Part shown: positions 48,513-63,389 of the stretch, one piece after another
Layout of the letters: each line of letters begins with the position of its first letter
Numbering within the stretch: the first letter of the stretch is position 1
NCBI GenBank assembly: GCA_036172245.1
Contig: JAYWIR010000031.1
Location: forward strand, 1,612,001-1,676,000
DNA: 64,000 bases
Direction: 5' to 3'
Source of the DNA: Raillietiella orientalis
Lineage: Eukaryota
Notes under the pieces: generated by a model
The model's database searches: none
The model's input: only the letters and a program-made list of their open reading frames with translations
What the model was told of the DNA's origin: nothing
Translations under genes and position numbers: made by a program

Positions 48513-49861
48513 CCCGTGAACATTTAAAGGAGTTCTGAGACTCACACCACTTTAAAGCATTAGTTGCCATAGTCTGAAGTGAATTCGACTACGACTACTT
48601 CCGGTTCCTAAAGACAGTGAACTGGGTGAACGCTGGGTACATTTGGGCGAATTTCTTTAAACAAAAAGATTTCCGAATGAAACTATCTGCAAGCTTCTTT
48701 TTTTTAATGTTACGTTAAGGTCGAGGACAGAACGAATATCACCATATAAGGAGTAGGATAGCAGCGAACATCAGTGAAAAACAGAGTAAGAGTTTCTACA
48801 CAAAGTGAATGTATGGTACATTAGAAAGGGGTCTGATTGGCAGTCATCTTGTACGAAGGCCGATGGACGATTCCAGTTACATGGTGATTCACTTCCCTAC
48901 TCCTCCTCAGTGAGTTGATGTTTAGATCGTTTGCCCTCGAGAAAATCTATTCAGCAAAGGAATTCTATTGAATTCCATTGGATTTTTGGTTTGCATGTCT
49001 TTCCGATTTGGTGTCCCTACATTTTTCGATCACTGAAGGTCGTGCTGCTGAGACTGGAAGTACTACGAAGCCGCGCGTGCCTCTCTCCCTACGGACATCA
49101 ACATGGAACTGAAGTCTACTTCGTGGACGTTCTATGGAGAGGCGAACAAGACTTCGATGGTTGCCCGAACATCTAAAAGGTAAATGAAGAAATTGTAAGA
49201 AAACCTTCATCATGTCGCCCTCGACGGAGGTGTGTTCCAGGATTCGCTTTTTTTTTTTTTTTCCTGGTTGTATATGGCTTTGAGCTACCGTGTACCATTG
49301 CTAAAAGAAAGCGCAAGGCAGTCGAAAAACAGTGAGGATCAATAGATGCATCTTCTAGAGCTCTTCTCGTTCGGTGGAGAAAAAATATTAGAAAATATGT
49401 TCATCAAATCTTCAATGCATATTATACATTTTTTGTTTTTTCATTCTTGTGCACAAACCTTTATACATAAGAATTCCTGCCATCCCGTGTTCTTCCCTCG
49501 AGACGGTGGTTCAGAAGAAGATCATGATGGATAGAATACACTTACACATAACAGTATTCATACTGTAGATGGAAAATTAATGCTGGAAAATTTGCAGCTG
49601 ACTATGAAATGACTAACTGCAGATTCACACAACAGACATTCTCTATATTTCACAAAATATGTTATTTATTTTTTTTTGCCATAAGCGTGTAGCATTAAAA
49701 AACAAAATCTTCTTAGATCAGTAAGTACACTTAGTCGGGATTATGATTCATCGATTTTTCCCACCGATTTCCCAGTCGGAAAAGAATGAAAGATCGCTGA
49801 TAGCTTTTTGGAAGTGCTTCCAAGCTCTAGATCAATATAAAGGTCATCTTGAAAACCATCA

Positions 49862-49886
49862 GTGTGTGTGAGTGTGTGTGTGTGTG
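49862..49886. repeat. Short (GT)n microsatellite
   Basis: gtgtgtgtgagtgtgtgtgtgtgtg. Confidence 0.8.
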
Positions 49887-50911
49887 ATTCGCATCAGGGT
49901 GTTTAATAATGGAGTCTTAATTTGACCTGACTCTTAATTCGAATCACTGACTCGAATTCTTTGGCTATTGGGTCTCCAAGAACAGCAAAGGGATCGCTAA
50001 AGAATCCATTCTTTCCATTTGGTGCTAAATTTCGTCTTCATGAAAGCTCATTTACTTTTCGTATGCACTTTTGAAAGTCATGATGATAGCTGTGCACTAG
50101 CGATCGCATCTTGAGTGTTCAGCGATCAAAGGCAAACTTTTAAAAGGAAGCATCCAATTTTCGGAAACCATGGAGTTTTCCTACAAACTTTTTGGATGGA
50201 CCATGAAAAGGATAATTCGTACGAAACAGCTGATTGCAGGGACAATCACGATTCACCCATTTCACAAAGAAGCCGGAGAATGAGATGCCATCAGAAAATG
50301 GAAACACCATGTCTCTGTGTCAAACAGACTACATTCCAAATTTACTGCCAATTACTATGATGGACGTTGTGTTGAATAAGCTTACCTGAATAGTAACTGT
50401 TTCCTGGGATCCTTCCTACATGTTTGGAGTGCCAAACAGAAAAATGCTCCTTCCTCTGTACGACACAGACAGCTGTCAAGTGCGAAAGATGCTTCTGTAG
50501 CAATATTCCCATTAGATAGGTGGTAAAGTGTTGAAGTATTCAAAAGACAGATGCATCCTCATAAATCAATAAGGACATTTTCCATAGAAGGATGCAATGC
50601 TATGAAAATCGAAAGACAGCCTAATCTTTTTTTCCTGGAAAACAAATAAGCAAGTTTATAAAATGGGTCGCACACGGAAAAATGCGTACAGTAATATATT
50701 TATTATACGAATTCATAAAATAATATATGAAAATATGTATATTTAATGCTCATATATTATAATTATGAAATTATGTGCACTGATGCCGTGTATGTTTATA
50801 TGCATTTTCTATACATGCAAACACATTGAGATACGGAAACGCAGATTATCCATATACATTGGCTATCCATCCAGTGTACAATCCATCTCCATGTTCGAAC
50901 AGTTACGGTGG

Positions 50912-52700
50912 TTTCTCACCTGGGTGCGCCGGGGCGTTTATTAATAAACTATGCAGGAACAGAGTTCCCGGACAAAGGACACAGAAGAAACGAAGGGGAG
51001 GGGGATCCCCGACATGCAGGTCGGTATACCGAAAGTCCGGAACGGGAGGGAGGGGACCACAAAAACACATATAAAAAATAGAAATAAAGATATGGGGAGG
51101 AGAGGGGACAGGGGTCTTTGGATTGGCCGTTCCTTTCCTTCAGAACCGGCTATGGATGCCGGTGATCTCGCTCCTAACGTCTTCTGGAAGATGGGCCCAC
51201 TCGGCAGTCGACGCCATGTTAGCGCCGGCTAATCCTGTGGCCTGACGACAAGTCGCCAGCTTCTCCAGCTCTCGGTGGGCCTTGTCGATGGCGCGGGTGC
51301 AACAGACCGTTGCGATGACAGCACCTAAGAACAGGCCGCCTGGCGTGAAGAAGCGGCGCATCAAGTCTCTTGCGGTGTCCCCCTGGTGCAGGAGAGCTGA
51401 GGCAGTGGTGGTGTTACAGTGGTGGTGTTTGTTCTTTGACAGCTTTCTAGGAGCAGTTGTGGTTCCATCTAAAGCATGGAAGTCTAAAGAGATGGCTCAA
51501 TTCTGGTTCGTTTCCGAGAAACCGATGGGGGCAGCAGCAACTTAAATGCGCCCATGGCCACGTGAATGGGCGAGGTAGATGTCTGCAATGAAAGCCTAGG
51601 TTTTTCCAATTCTGCCTCAACATGGCGATTGAGGAGCAAAGATGCGGAAAGCAGCATCCGCCGTTTCAGGAACCTTTCTACTCTGCACCGAATCCGAGCT
51701 CATCTTGAAAAACCGGGATCATTCCACTCGTCAGCTTCTTCGCTTCACACGATTCCGCATCCACGCAAAAAACAGGGTCGAATCACTGACAGCGCCACTG
51801 ACCTAGGGAGCACTCGTCCAGGAGATCCCGCATGGGATTCAAAGCTGCAGAGCTGGTCTCCATGATGTCGGCAATTAGAGCTCGGTGGTGCACGAGAATG
51901 TGTTCTCCGTGTCATGTCCGGGATAATTCGTAAAAGATGGACTTGTATCTCAAAGTATCATTAAACGGGGGGAAGCGAATTCATGCCTCTGTTAGTGCTG
52001 CTACAGAGATTTTTATGGCTGCTGTGGCGCATCGTGAATTTCGGGTTGTAACTCTTTCGCGGACGCGGCGTTTCCTCTCCGAGCACCTTGCTGGGATTTT
52101 TGAGGAGCTGGCGATTTTCCAGATCTTTTCCGATTCGAGTTGTGCGTACCACTTGACCTGGCTTGTGTTGTCACGATGTCCCTGAGTTCGGAGCGTCTTG
52201 AGGAACACATGTGCCTTTCCAAGTGCTAGCCTACAGAGATCCAATGAAGAGTTCCTTCGCTCTGGAGCTGCCCGCGAGCTGTGACCTGACTGCTCAGGAG
52301 GAATCCCCACCCCATTCCAGCACGATGGCTCTGATCTTCTACTCTACAAACACGTCGACAAAAGGAAGAACAATTTCGAAAGTGAGAACGGGAATGTGCC
52401 GTGCTGCGACACGTTTCCCTGAGAATTCAGCGAATTACCAGGGCTGGGATCGTGTTTCCCGAGACCACTAAGAGAAGCGTGGCACTCGTTCAATCAAGCG
52501 GAAAAGTCCTCGAATCCATTGGCAGGAAACGCAAAACGCAAATGGCGATCCCATCTCGCCGCATCCCGGCGAGATGGGATCGTTGCTTGGTCTTTCACGC
52601 TCTCTCTGGTGATGTTGGCGTCCTCAAAAAAGTCCCGTTCCCAGAGAATCAGTTCGAGTCCTTTTCCTCTCTCCCAAATAGGCCGGTCGCCTCTCAGCTG
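50912..52700 (-). mobile_element. Decayed family A-related LINE with intact 3' terminal motif
   Basis: C-terminus FFTPGGLFLGAVIATVCCTRA..SEITGIHSRF* (51364-51140), a T-rich 3'UTR and the terminal AATAAACGCCCCGGCGCACCCAGGTGAGAAA (50942-50912). Upstream is a weak GIPPE trace (~52300). The 5' boundary is approximate. Confidence 0.65.
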
Positions 52701-52855
52701 ATTTTTTTTTTTTTTTTTTTAAAAGGCCCGTAGCGACCCCACGAGGAGATCGTTACTATTGGCCTAGGACGATGGTAATCCTTGGGTTCTTCTTTTTCTT
52801 CTGTCTTCGCTGTTTTCCTTCCAGCTTTTTTTTTTTTAAGAGTTCTCTTTTTTTT

Positions 52856-53785
52856 GGTTCGCTAAGTACCTCAGAGCCGGTCGCGTGCCTCGCGGCGCGC
52901 GTGGCTCTTTTTAAACATTAACACACTGTTTTGTTTCCACGCCTGTCCGCGGCAACCCGCAGGGGGGGCGTGTAATTTTTCAGTGTAATATTCTTCAGGA
53001 TAGGGGGCACCCCGGGATGGAGTCCGCCCTATTGAATCCAGGAAGGGCTCGGAGTCCGTTCCTCTCACGCTTGGTTCTCACCTCCCACCCTGGTTGTCTC
53101 CGAAGGGGAACCCCGAAGGGAACTCTCCTTCCTCATTCTCTCCGGAGGGACACCCCCCCCCCTTGCGGGGTGGTGGTCCTCTCCATTTCAACTTCTCCGA
53201 AGGGAACCCGGAAAGGATCCGCTTCTAGAAATTTCTTCTCCGGAGGGAACCCGCAAGGGAACCGCTCCTTTATTCACTCCTCTGAAGACAACCCCCACAG
53301 GGGTGCTTCCGAAACTCAGAAGGGGCGCTGCAGCTTCCCGCAGGGAATCGCTCTCGCTTAGCTTCTTTCCTTTGTACACACTCTGTGAAGAGGCGACGAC
53401 GAGGAGGGACCCCCCAGCAGGGGGGTCCGTTCCTTTGAACGACTGAAGAGGTGCCCGTGAGGGCTCCTGCTCCATCTTGAAACCGGAGGCGGTCCCCCCG
53501 GTGACGGGGGTCCACTCTCTGTTGCACGACCGGAGGGGGAACTCCCCACTCCTTTATTCCTGGGAGGACCCGAAGGTCGACTCCCATTGTTCCGGCCTTC
53601 ATCGGGAGGCCGCCGGCTTTATCCACCGCCGGGGCCACGCCCGAATGTCTCGGCCAACCAGCGCCGTTGCAGGAGAAACTCGGAACCCAAACGACGCAAT
53701 GGCGTCAAGTTATCTGCCCAAGTATTCGCACCCGCGACGCATGGTGCCACGCGCGGAAGCCTAAACCACAAAGCCTCTCAGCTGA
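52856..53785 (-). mobile_element. Family C SINE-like repeat, copy 3 (apparently full length, with an A-tail)
   Basis: Minus strand: AGGCTTTGTGGTTTAGGCTTCCGCGCGTGGCACC..GGGTGCGAATAC head, the shared body, and the 3' end GAGGTACTTAGCGAACC followed by A8. Confidence 0.8.
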
Positions 53786-56700
53786 TTACCGCTTAACAAG
53801 CAAGGCTTTTGCGACAGCAAAGTCCCATCTTACGAAGGGTTTTGCCGATGGCAAACACTTCGTTCTCCATTTCCTGGTCCAATTTGAAACCCCATTGCCT
53901 GCTGACCGCTAGGTCGGACTAGACTTTCCACCTTCTTGTAGGGTTCCTTCTCCCAGGATTGTTGCTGAGAGACAGACCGAAGAATCCATTCAAGGATAAC
54001 GAGAAGAAAAAAAAAAGTGAGGATTCTCTTCTCCAAGTCTGCTCACCTCCTGCATCTCAGGGACACCCAGATTGGCGACTCCCGCATCCATATTTTTCCT
54101 CGCGAGGATACAGGCCCCGTAAAAGGACGATCTGCAACTCGAGTTCACACAAGTGACCACACCTGTCGCACATCTTAGTATGCGATGTCATGTAGGCGTT
54201 ATGCGATGGCGGACTTCCCTATGTTTCCCAAAGAATGATTCGTTCCGTTTAAGTATGACCTGATCCCTTCTTCTACCAGAGATTCAATCAGTGAAGCGGA
54301 GCGCCTTTTTCGAATTCAGCACAGAACTCCGAATTAAAAACACATAGCTTGCTCGATACTGAGGTCCTTCGCTCTCCGTATCACAGTCCATCTAGGAAAA
54401 ATGAGGCAGTGACTCAACAAGTCCTCTCAAGTATTAAGCAGGAAGGCAATTTGAAATTCTTGGCGCGTTTAGCAGCTCTTCCGTAATTCCTTGGATTCTT
54501 GGAGCTGCTATCTGTTTCCTCATCGTCGCAACGCCTTTTGCGACTCCCAAAGCCATCTGAGACTGCATCATTCAGGAAGCTGAACAGCTATTCATGCGTC
54601 CTCGTGCTCCTTTGTGAGGTCCGTGTCCTGGGAACCCTTTATTAAGTTCCCCTACTTCCAGGATGAGCGCGATTCCTTTCTTACGATTCATATAAGAATA
54701 GCACATCATTATCTATCCGCCGTATGATTCTCTTTTGTTTTGGTGACGTCCATTCGTAATCGAGAGCCTTCGTCTGTTGCCAATTTTCGGTTCCCCTGCA
54801 GTGGTAGATTGTTCCATTAGAGGGCTGCCTTGCTTTGCTTTGGAATATTTCCACAAGAAATGATGTAGTTAGAAGAATGAACATTGCGTATTTTACAGGA
54901 ACCTATTCAACTTATAACACGCTTTATTCTGTTCGTCTCTCGGATGGATACAAAACTGCACATCCTATTCCACGACCGAATATATAGAGAAAACTAAATG
55001 AAATAAAGCGGTGATGGAAAAAAAAAGAATTGTAAGTTAACTTTTTCGGATAATGTAGTGATCGATGCAAGTCAGTTTTACGGGATGGGAGCGGGCTTTA
55101 TGAGAGGAGACGGCGGTATTCTGTCCATTTTTCAGATGACTACTCCCTGTCAGGCAATAGCACGACATTACAAGGGCCGTCTAGGGGCAGCAGAAACATT
55201 GGTGGCAAAAGTATCCAAAACCTTGCATTCATCATACCAACTTTGCTCTAGCAAAGTAGATGCCTGGCAGAAGTTAAATGGTATTGGTTTCTCGCATGTT
55301 GCCAAATAAGGCATTGAAGGCAACTGTACAGTTACCTTTCTTTCATGGTATCGTTCTTGATGATATGGAGCAGGACCTGATATCTTTTCGATATGAAACG
55401 CAGATTCCTATCTTGAAGATTTGCTTTTCTCAGATCCAGAGTGCATCATGAATTTTGTTCAACGTCTTTGCCATCATTTTTCTTTTTTCTTTTCTTCCAC
55501 TCTGGAGTCCCATTTACGTTTTCTGAAGCCTCGTCACCTTAAGCTCAGCCAAATTTTGGTTAGTTGAAGATCCAACATGTCACTCAAAGCAGATAAGTAA
55601 TGTTTTTTTTTTCCATTTCCAACCGTACTACTTTTTCATTCCGGATGCCGTAATAGTGTGAGTGGTCTTTTTCAGAGCTCCTTCGAGTCTCCTCAGACAG
55701 AACCAGTGACGGAAGATGCATGAGCTGTGTTTGCTGCATTCTGACATGTGTCATCCCACCTCTTAGCAACAGTGTCCGATGCTCGGGGTGGCAAAGCAAA
55801 CACGGAACTCGTAGGAGGTTGTATAGGCCAGATCTTTCCGTTGACATCCACTGCTTGGGGAAAGGTCTTAAAGAGTGCAAGTGGTTCCGAATAAGGCATG
55901 CTGCTGAGGGTGCGGTAATGAGAAGCGTTCCGTAGAAGGCGAACAACTTCGTACAGTTGGCATAGGTGTCCAGCAGTGTCCCCAGCACCAGGCATGCTTT
56001 CCGGAAGATTCCTTTCTTAGGACCAAAGACTGGGAACGGAGTCGAATTTTTGATGGCATCAAATTGGAAATCCTCGCACCTTTTCAGCGCACAGAGTTAC
56101 AGCGCAGTGGTAAACAAACTCTCAAATGAAGTCAACCTTCTCTGAATCTGATTCTGCATTTCCTCCCAAACTACCAGATTTCTCTCAACTTGAGAACACA
56201 TGACCTACCCCACAAAGTCAATGTCGTTTCTCCTGCAGACTCCCTTCGTGCGGATTGTTCAGCGGCAATTCGACTGGAGAACGATTCGCAGCATCTGTTC
56301 TTAGTACACATTGATGATCCATTGCTCTCTAATAAAAATCCCTCGCCTGTTCTTCAAAGCAGACATCTTCGAGCTTCTAACCAATGGCTTGAAGCGAAAA
56401 GCATTTCGAAGCTGGATCCTCCGCTTCACACACTTACCTCTGACACATCCCGGAAGTTTTCCGCCATCTACGTTCTCTTCTTCGCCAAATAAAGAAGCAC
56501 AAGATGAATCCGAAGAGAGCAACAAGGCCGTAGACCGGTTAAAATGAACAACGGACGAAAACCGCTGATCTGCAGGTGATTCATCGTTCTAAAGCAGCAT
56601 TGAAAGGATGAAAGAATCATTGCGATGAAACAAAAAAAAAAGGTTGTGAAAGCGAAAAAGAGATGCTGAGGTTCTGAGCTGGTTTCCAGAGTAACTGCTT

Positions 56701-57399
56701 CGAAGGAGTGTCGTCACGACAAGTGGAATCACATGACTCCAGAAGGACTCTTTCACTTATTTTAGTAAAAGAAATCTGAAGACGAAGCTGCAACCTTTTA
56801 AGCAATCGCTGACATTTGTTTGACTTGGGTCGCAGACACGGAAGAAAAATGCAGGGTTTCATTGATCAAACTTGAGTTCGTGCCACGTTTTGGCTCATCG
56901 AATCCGTTTCCCTCCATCTATCCATCATAGAAGCCCCAGGTTGCCGAGCTGCTTTATTCCTATCGAGAAACGTTGCAAAACAGCAATGAACCGTTTCTAA
57001 TTTTTTCTCTTTCCTAAGGAGACCTTCAGTGAAGCGTCCTACAGTAAAGCAGTCTGGACAAGAACACAGCGATCGGTGAAGAGCAGCAAGGCAAGGAAAA
57101 AGCATAGAGAGTAAACCTTCCCTGTTTATATTTTCCCTCATTATTCCGTATAGTTTTGCATCTGTTGCATCTTTCGAGTTACTAAGACTTCATACTCCGA
57201 ATTCAGATATAGTTCCAGAAGCTTGAAAAATTAAGTGAAGAAAATCTGACCTCTCTCAAGACTGCCTATGGCATTTATTGAAGAGCCATCTACTCTGAAC
57301 TTGAGGATCCAATTCACTGCTGCAAATTCCCTCTCCCAGAGTGCGACTCACCCTAAAGACTGCCTTACATGAAATCTCCATGTTGGTGACTGTATTCGG

Positions 57400-60050
57400 G
57401 AACTTACCCAGTGCACTTGGCTTTGGATTCCTGCGCACGTTGCGACCCTTCTGACCCAAGAAGCTTCAATTTGTGGAATGAATGCAGCTTGTAATCATCC
57501 CTCAAGGATCCTTCTAATGGTTTTCAATTCTTCATGGTTTATTCTGTGCTTTGTGGTGAGGGAACGGCTGAAGGTTGAACCCATCAGAACAAGATTGTTT
57601 CCTCAAGGGTTTTCGGTCGTCGATCGTTGAGGCTACTTCAGGTCGAGCTGAGATTAACAAAGAGGCCTCAGATCTTGAATATTCATCACTTTAGGGACGT
57701 TACCAATGTGGGTTACGGACGATGGAGAATCATACGGAAAATAGATACATAATCGATCCTCTTTGTACGTTTGTATGCCAATCTAGGGCTAGTCTAAGAG
57801 CACAAAAGTTCCGATGTAGGGAAATAATAATTGTAAACTGAGCAGAGGAGCAGGAAGGGAAAGAAAAAAATGCAGATAGTGGGAAAAAGAAATCGCTGTT
57901 GCGTTGAATACGTACAGAAATCAGAAGGGTTCGTAGGGAATGTTGATAGAAGCAAATAATGACACTTTTATCAGACTTCGTACTGGACCACCACGAAATG
58001 AAACTGGGATCAGCTGCCATCCAAGGATACTTGGCGTTGCTGTCTGCAGCGATGATAAAAACGCTGTGAAAGGTGAATCACAGGCGAGACTAATAGATTA
58101 GTTTAGTAATACTCCATTCAGAGCTTTCACCGGTGCAATCCCGGAGGATGGTTCTGACAGTAAAAGACTCCGTTTCAGTCTTATCAGTAACCAATAAGCG
58201 GGTCACTGGTAACAGAATAACCCATCACCCACTTGCGTAATCATCTGTTAGTAATAGAGAAATGAAATCTGCAATCTCTGCGCCTCTTGGACTGCTCATT
58301 TCATCCGTTCCAAATCCAATGATCGCGAAGCTTTCTTGACGCCGACCAAAGTGTGACATAAGAGCGATTCTTCGAATGCCTTCAAGACATTCCCTCGAAC
58401 AAAACGCCGCCCGTCTCGGTCGGTTCTTCGAAGCATCGGCAAACATCCACAGGATTTGCCCATCTTTTCTTTGATTCCTTTCCATTCCTTCTCCACCGGA
58501 TGAATATTCGTTCTCTTTCCTGGGCTGCTTGTGCTCAGAAGACTCTGTTGCTTCCTGGTTCTTATCAAATGCATCCAAAACGCAAACCTCTCCGGGCTCG
58601 ATTCCGGAACAACCCTTTCAACACCTCCGTACCAGGGCAGACCTCGACCACGGACTGCTCACCAGCAGTGCGAAAAAATCAATACCTGAATATGAGAGAT
58701 CACGGTCGTGGCCACGGACATCGTTCGTATTCAATCATCGATGACGCTTGCGTGTGATGATAACAAGACGCATGGAGCATGAAAAATCCGAGGCAGTATG
58801 AGAAGCACCCCACAGCCTACGAGAGGGGCAGAGAGAGATATTTCCCGTGCAGATTTTTCCTTCCTTGCTTTCCGGCCTTTCCTTCTCTGCTTCTAATTTT
58901 CCCTCCGCTTCCATTCAAGAGGCTGGAATGAGAGCGAGTGCAACCCACGGACATAAATCGTTAACCCTGGAATCCTTTACAGCCTCGTGTTACACTCTGT
59001 TTACACATCGGCAGATCTCCCGGAATTCCAGTGGTTTGGGTAAGAGAAAAAAACAAAGGAAAATACCGAGAGGAAAAAATATGCAATTTTGTGGCAATGT
59101 AAAATAGGAGAAGCAAGCTGTTACTCACATAACAGCAGCCAAGTGGTTTCAAGTAGTTTTTCAATCCTCCATCACAAGAGTCCTGACTTAGCATCTCTCA
59201 GTATGGACAGGATGCTTTCAATGGCTGCGGATGCTGTTGATTGGAACTTCCCAAGAGACTGGAGCAAATTTGAAAAGAGAATCCGTCTCCATGGTTGCGA
59301 TTCTTTTCGATAAAATTTCCGAGCGAGCATGCAAGGTAATTCCCGCTTCTTTTCGTGGACTGACGTCCATTTGCATGTGCCTTCCATGCAACTGTACCAA
59401 GGCAGACTGCAGGCACAGGGCGTATATGGTTCTTGCCTTTCTGCCTGAGCAAGCAGCTGCTATCTCTAGATGCTCATCCGGAAGGCAGCTGCGGAATCTA
59501 TTACCGCCGTTGAGTTTCTTGCTCGGTCTGCTGGGTTCATGAGGTGTCGAAGCAGTCGACACTTCAGCTGTGCTGGATGCAATGCCTGTAACCTTCACTA
59601 CACTCTGGAGTAAAACTAAGCTTTTGAAGATCATTTTGCCTCCAAGGATCTACCCTGACCTAAGATCCTCCTGAGGACCTCAGACGCAAACCAAAACTAA
59701 AAACGAAAGAGGAAGATGCTGTTGGGGATCTTGTCAATGCCAATTCAATTTGCCATGCCCACAGGATGTAGATTTCATCAGTGAAGGTTCAACAGCATCC
59801 GGACTTGTTTTGATAACTGGTGCACCTAGATTAATACACTCTTGTCTGAGAAGACATGGGAGGACTCTTTAATTTCAAAAGATGAGGTCATAAATGCCTG
59901 CTCTGAATTCTTTCTAAGACTTTCTAGGCTTGCAGGGTTCCCAAGGTTCGAAGCTGAAAGAAGATCTAGTGCAGGATTAAGCTTTGGGGCTTTTCTGGAG
60001 CGTGCGTCTTTCCTGTAGCAAAAATACAAGCGATCCATTCTTCTCTTCTG
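57400..60050 (-). mobile_element. Possible very old LINE debris with AP-endonuclease-like motif traces
   Basis: Isolated minus-strand traces only: FIIAADSNAKYPW (~58060-58020, like IIxGDxNAxxxxW) and LVFLLQE (~60030-60010). No continuous ORF. Confidence 0.25.
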
Positions 60051-61778
60051 CACCTGAGGATGCAGCGGAAGTCAACCATCATCGCAATTCATTTTCCACT
60101 GCAACTCCGGTAATCGCATCCTACACTCTCGTGAAGGAAAAAAACAACAACTGGATTCTTGCCGGTGAAGACAGGACAAGGGATGCCTGTATTCCGTGAC
60201 CAGAACGAGGCTTTGGTCAGGAGTCCCAGTTTATTTCACGCTGTCTTGGAGATTCACACAAACCCGCAACACCTCCAAATCCGGGAACGGCCTATTCCTG
60301 TATGCATTTGGAACAATCTTCGTCGACCTAGACCAGAATCAAATGACGATCAAATGGCAGGCTTTTTTGTTTGATAGGAAAAAAGGTGTCTCCCTAATGA
60401 GTTCTCCACAGGACAGATCGGGACTAAGCAACCTTTTCAAATAATAGTCCATCACTTCCATCTTTCCGAGAATTGGAATACCTAGGAGATTCCTGCCTCA
60501 GTCGAGGAGAATGGATTCGAGATCTTGGACGAGTACTCACCGATGGTCGAATTTCCTAGTCTTCTTTCCAGTTGCCATGCCACTGCGGAATGGGGCACCC
60601 TACCAAGCTAGCGTCCCGTCCTCGGGGGAGCGCCTTCCTCGATTTCTTCGGCTATGGGTGGAGTCGATCAGAGTCCCTCTTACTGCAAAAGTGCACATGC
60701 CCCGCGGGTTCTCGCAACTGCGTGATCGCACCGATGCGATCCGCTAGTTCGGAGCAGACTTTCCTGGGGGAAGCTCATCTCCTTGGTTGCAAGAATGGAG
60801 GGAAGAGGACAGGGATGCATCGTCCATGCACCGTCGGCAGGCCAGAGCTTGAAGTTTCATTCATAGGCTTTTCTACTGGCTGCCGCTTCTCCCTCCTTGT
60901 TCCTCTTCCACGGGTCTCGCCTCCCCCCCATGGGAAAAAGCAGGTCGGAACTGCACAAGGTGGAATCTGCGGAGATCGTTGATTGTTTCTGTATCCCGGA
61001 AATTCGATGCAGATCTCTCATTCCGAACTCGGTTGCTAAGTTTCCATCTCGTCGAAATGAAGAAGTAATTGGTGCCATGGAGTCTGTTTAATAAGTGCAA
61101 CTTTGTCGCCCTGAATTTTGGGCTCCTCTACCACAAAAGTGGGGGAAAGAGAAGGAAGAGAGGGAGAGGAAACAATTATAATAATTAAATACAAGGAGTT
61201 AAACATTCGTTGCGACACATCAGCTCGATGATTACCCGACTCTGACCGGACGGTGCAGTGGACGAATAGAAAAAAAATTGCAGGAATTATATATATGTAC
61301 ATATACATATAAGCGCCTGTCTTGCATGGATGCCGTCTGTTGTCTCGTTGTCCCCACCCCTGTGGGATTGTCCCAAAACTTCCGTGAGGCCAGCTAGCGG
61401 ACACCCAAAGAGCTGTAGTTTGTTTTGAAAAAAAAAAAAAAAAAAATCCGAGCTTCTTCGCGAAGGTGAAAACACGCGATGCTTTCAAAATTCTTGCTGG
61501 TCCGCGTGACACGAGAACACGCTTGGATTTCACGCGTCTCCCGGGAAGAGATGCAATAAGAACCCGCATCAGTTGCACGCATATTAAGTGAGCAGTCGAA
61601 TATTCCGCGGGAAGCCTTTTTCCCGCGAAGCTGTCGCCTGCAAGTGTGCAGTTCCTGTGCGACGTTCATGTGGTGCTGATCCCAGCATCTGCAAGCAAGT
61701 TTCGATGGGTCTGTAAATAGACTCGGTAGAGGGAGGCGCTTCCTCGAGCTAGTTTTCTTTCGCTAAAGAAACATCTGG

Positions 61779-63385
61779 TTTTCACCCGGCGCGAAGACAG
61801 CGCGTTTATTTAAAAAATGAAGTACAAGTCAGGGGAGCAGTGTCCCCAAAATGGGAGAATACCCCCCTTCACCCCCTCCACTCCCTCCTCCCCAAAAAAA
61901 CGAAAACAAAAAAAGAAGTCCATTGGAGATGACCACCGGCACACAGACCGGCTTCTATAAAAGTTCAGAACGAGGGGAGGAAGCAACAAATGAATAACAA
62001 AAAAAAAAAGGCGGCACAGTAGGGACAGGAGGTCCTTGGTTTCAATCGTTCCTTTCTTCCTAAAAGCGGCTGTGGATGGTGGCGATCTCCTTGATGACTT
62101 CTGGCACGCGAGGCCACCTCGTGGCCGTCCTCATCAAGGCGGCTACCATGCTGGTGGGTTCCCTTCGCTGCGAGCGAGGCTCCATTACGGAGCGGACTGC
62201 GGCGGTGGCACGGAGGCATCAGACCGTTGCTATCACGGCTCCACCCATTGGTGCGCCCCTGCACGTTTGCTCTCCCGGCTGGTGGTCGGTGGCGAAGGAC
62301 TCGCAACCCTGTTTGCGTGTCACCACCGCCGACTCCCATGTTGCGGCTTCTCTCTCCGGTGTGCGGCTGCTCTGTTGAAAGCGAACGCGTGGATTTGCTC
62401 CGGCATGGCGGCAGAAGAAAGTGAGGACGTGGGCCCAGCTCGCCCGGGCCCCGTCGGAATTCACCCGCTGCCGAGAGTTTCAGAAGAACAGCGGAAGAAC
62501 ACTGGAGGCGGTGGGTAGTGAGCTGACTATGTTGGCCCACCCACCAGCCACCCCTTCGCCACAGAAGTGTCCTCCGCTGCCGAGGTGCATGGCACCTGCC
62601 TATCGGCGAAGTGGGAGGTTTCCTGCGAGATCTCGGCCCGCAGAAAGCCCCTCGGTGGCTTTACACCGCGGGAGCTGGCTGACGCGGCAACAGCAAGAAC
62701 CGCCTCCAAAGGACTCGAACGTTGGGGCGAACTCTTCTCCATCCGGCCCGAAGAGTTGGAAGTGCTCCCTGTGTTTATAGACAGGAAGCTGCTTCCCTCA
62801 AGTGGCAGCAATCGGCGCTGCTGATACTGCACTGGGGTCTCCTGTGCAATGCGCGCCGGCACCATTGGACGAGGGGAAGCGCATCGCCCAACTATGCCAG
62901 ATGTGGAAAGGAGATATTCCCCCACCTTATAGTGCAGTGCGTCGCCCTCCAGGAACTGTGAGAACATTTCTCTGCGTCCCTTCCTCAACCCATGCACGAT
63001 CCCAGAAACTCTTTGAGGCCCCTCTTCGTGTGGGACGCCATGACGCCCGCAGCCGCAATCGCAGCGCTGTGCTGCGTGCGCGGTGTCGTCGAGGAGAGGT
63101 GCGACGCTGAGGGAGGTCAGAGAGACTGAAGGGATGTCCTGCATGCCACCTGCTTCCTGTAGATAGCTTTGAGATGACCCCACCTGTGAAGGGAGAAGGA
63201 GGAGCTCGCCGGCATCCTTCAACGGAAGCAGAGGCCTCACCCACCACAAAATGTCATCCCTCCCCTTCCCCTCAGCTAATTTTTTTTTTTTTTTGTTAGT
63301 TTTTATTGTTTGTTATAGTTTGTTTCCCTTTTTTTCCTAGTTTTGTTTTATCCCTCTTCTCCTTCGTGGGAGTGATGGACCTCGC
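61779..63385. mobile_element. Inverted second copy of the family A (-) / family B (+) LINE composite
   Basis: 61964-62888 is nearly identical to the reverse complement of 41193-42118, including the A|B junction. The family A terminal motif AATAAACGCG..CCGGGTGAAAA is at 61810-61779 (-), and the family B 3'UTR runs to ~63385. Confidence 0.85.
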
Positions 63386-63389
63386 CTTG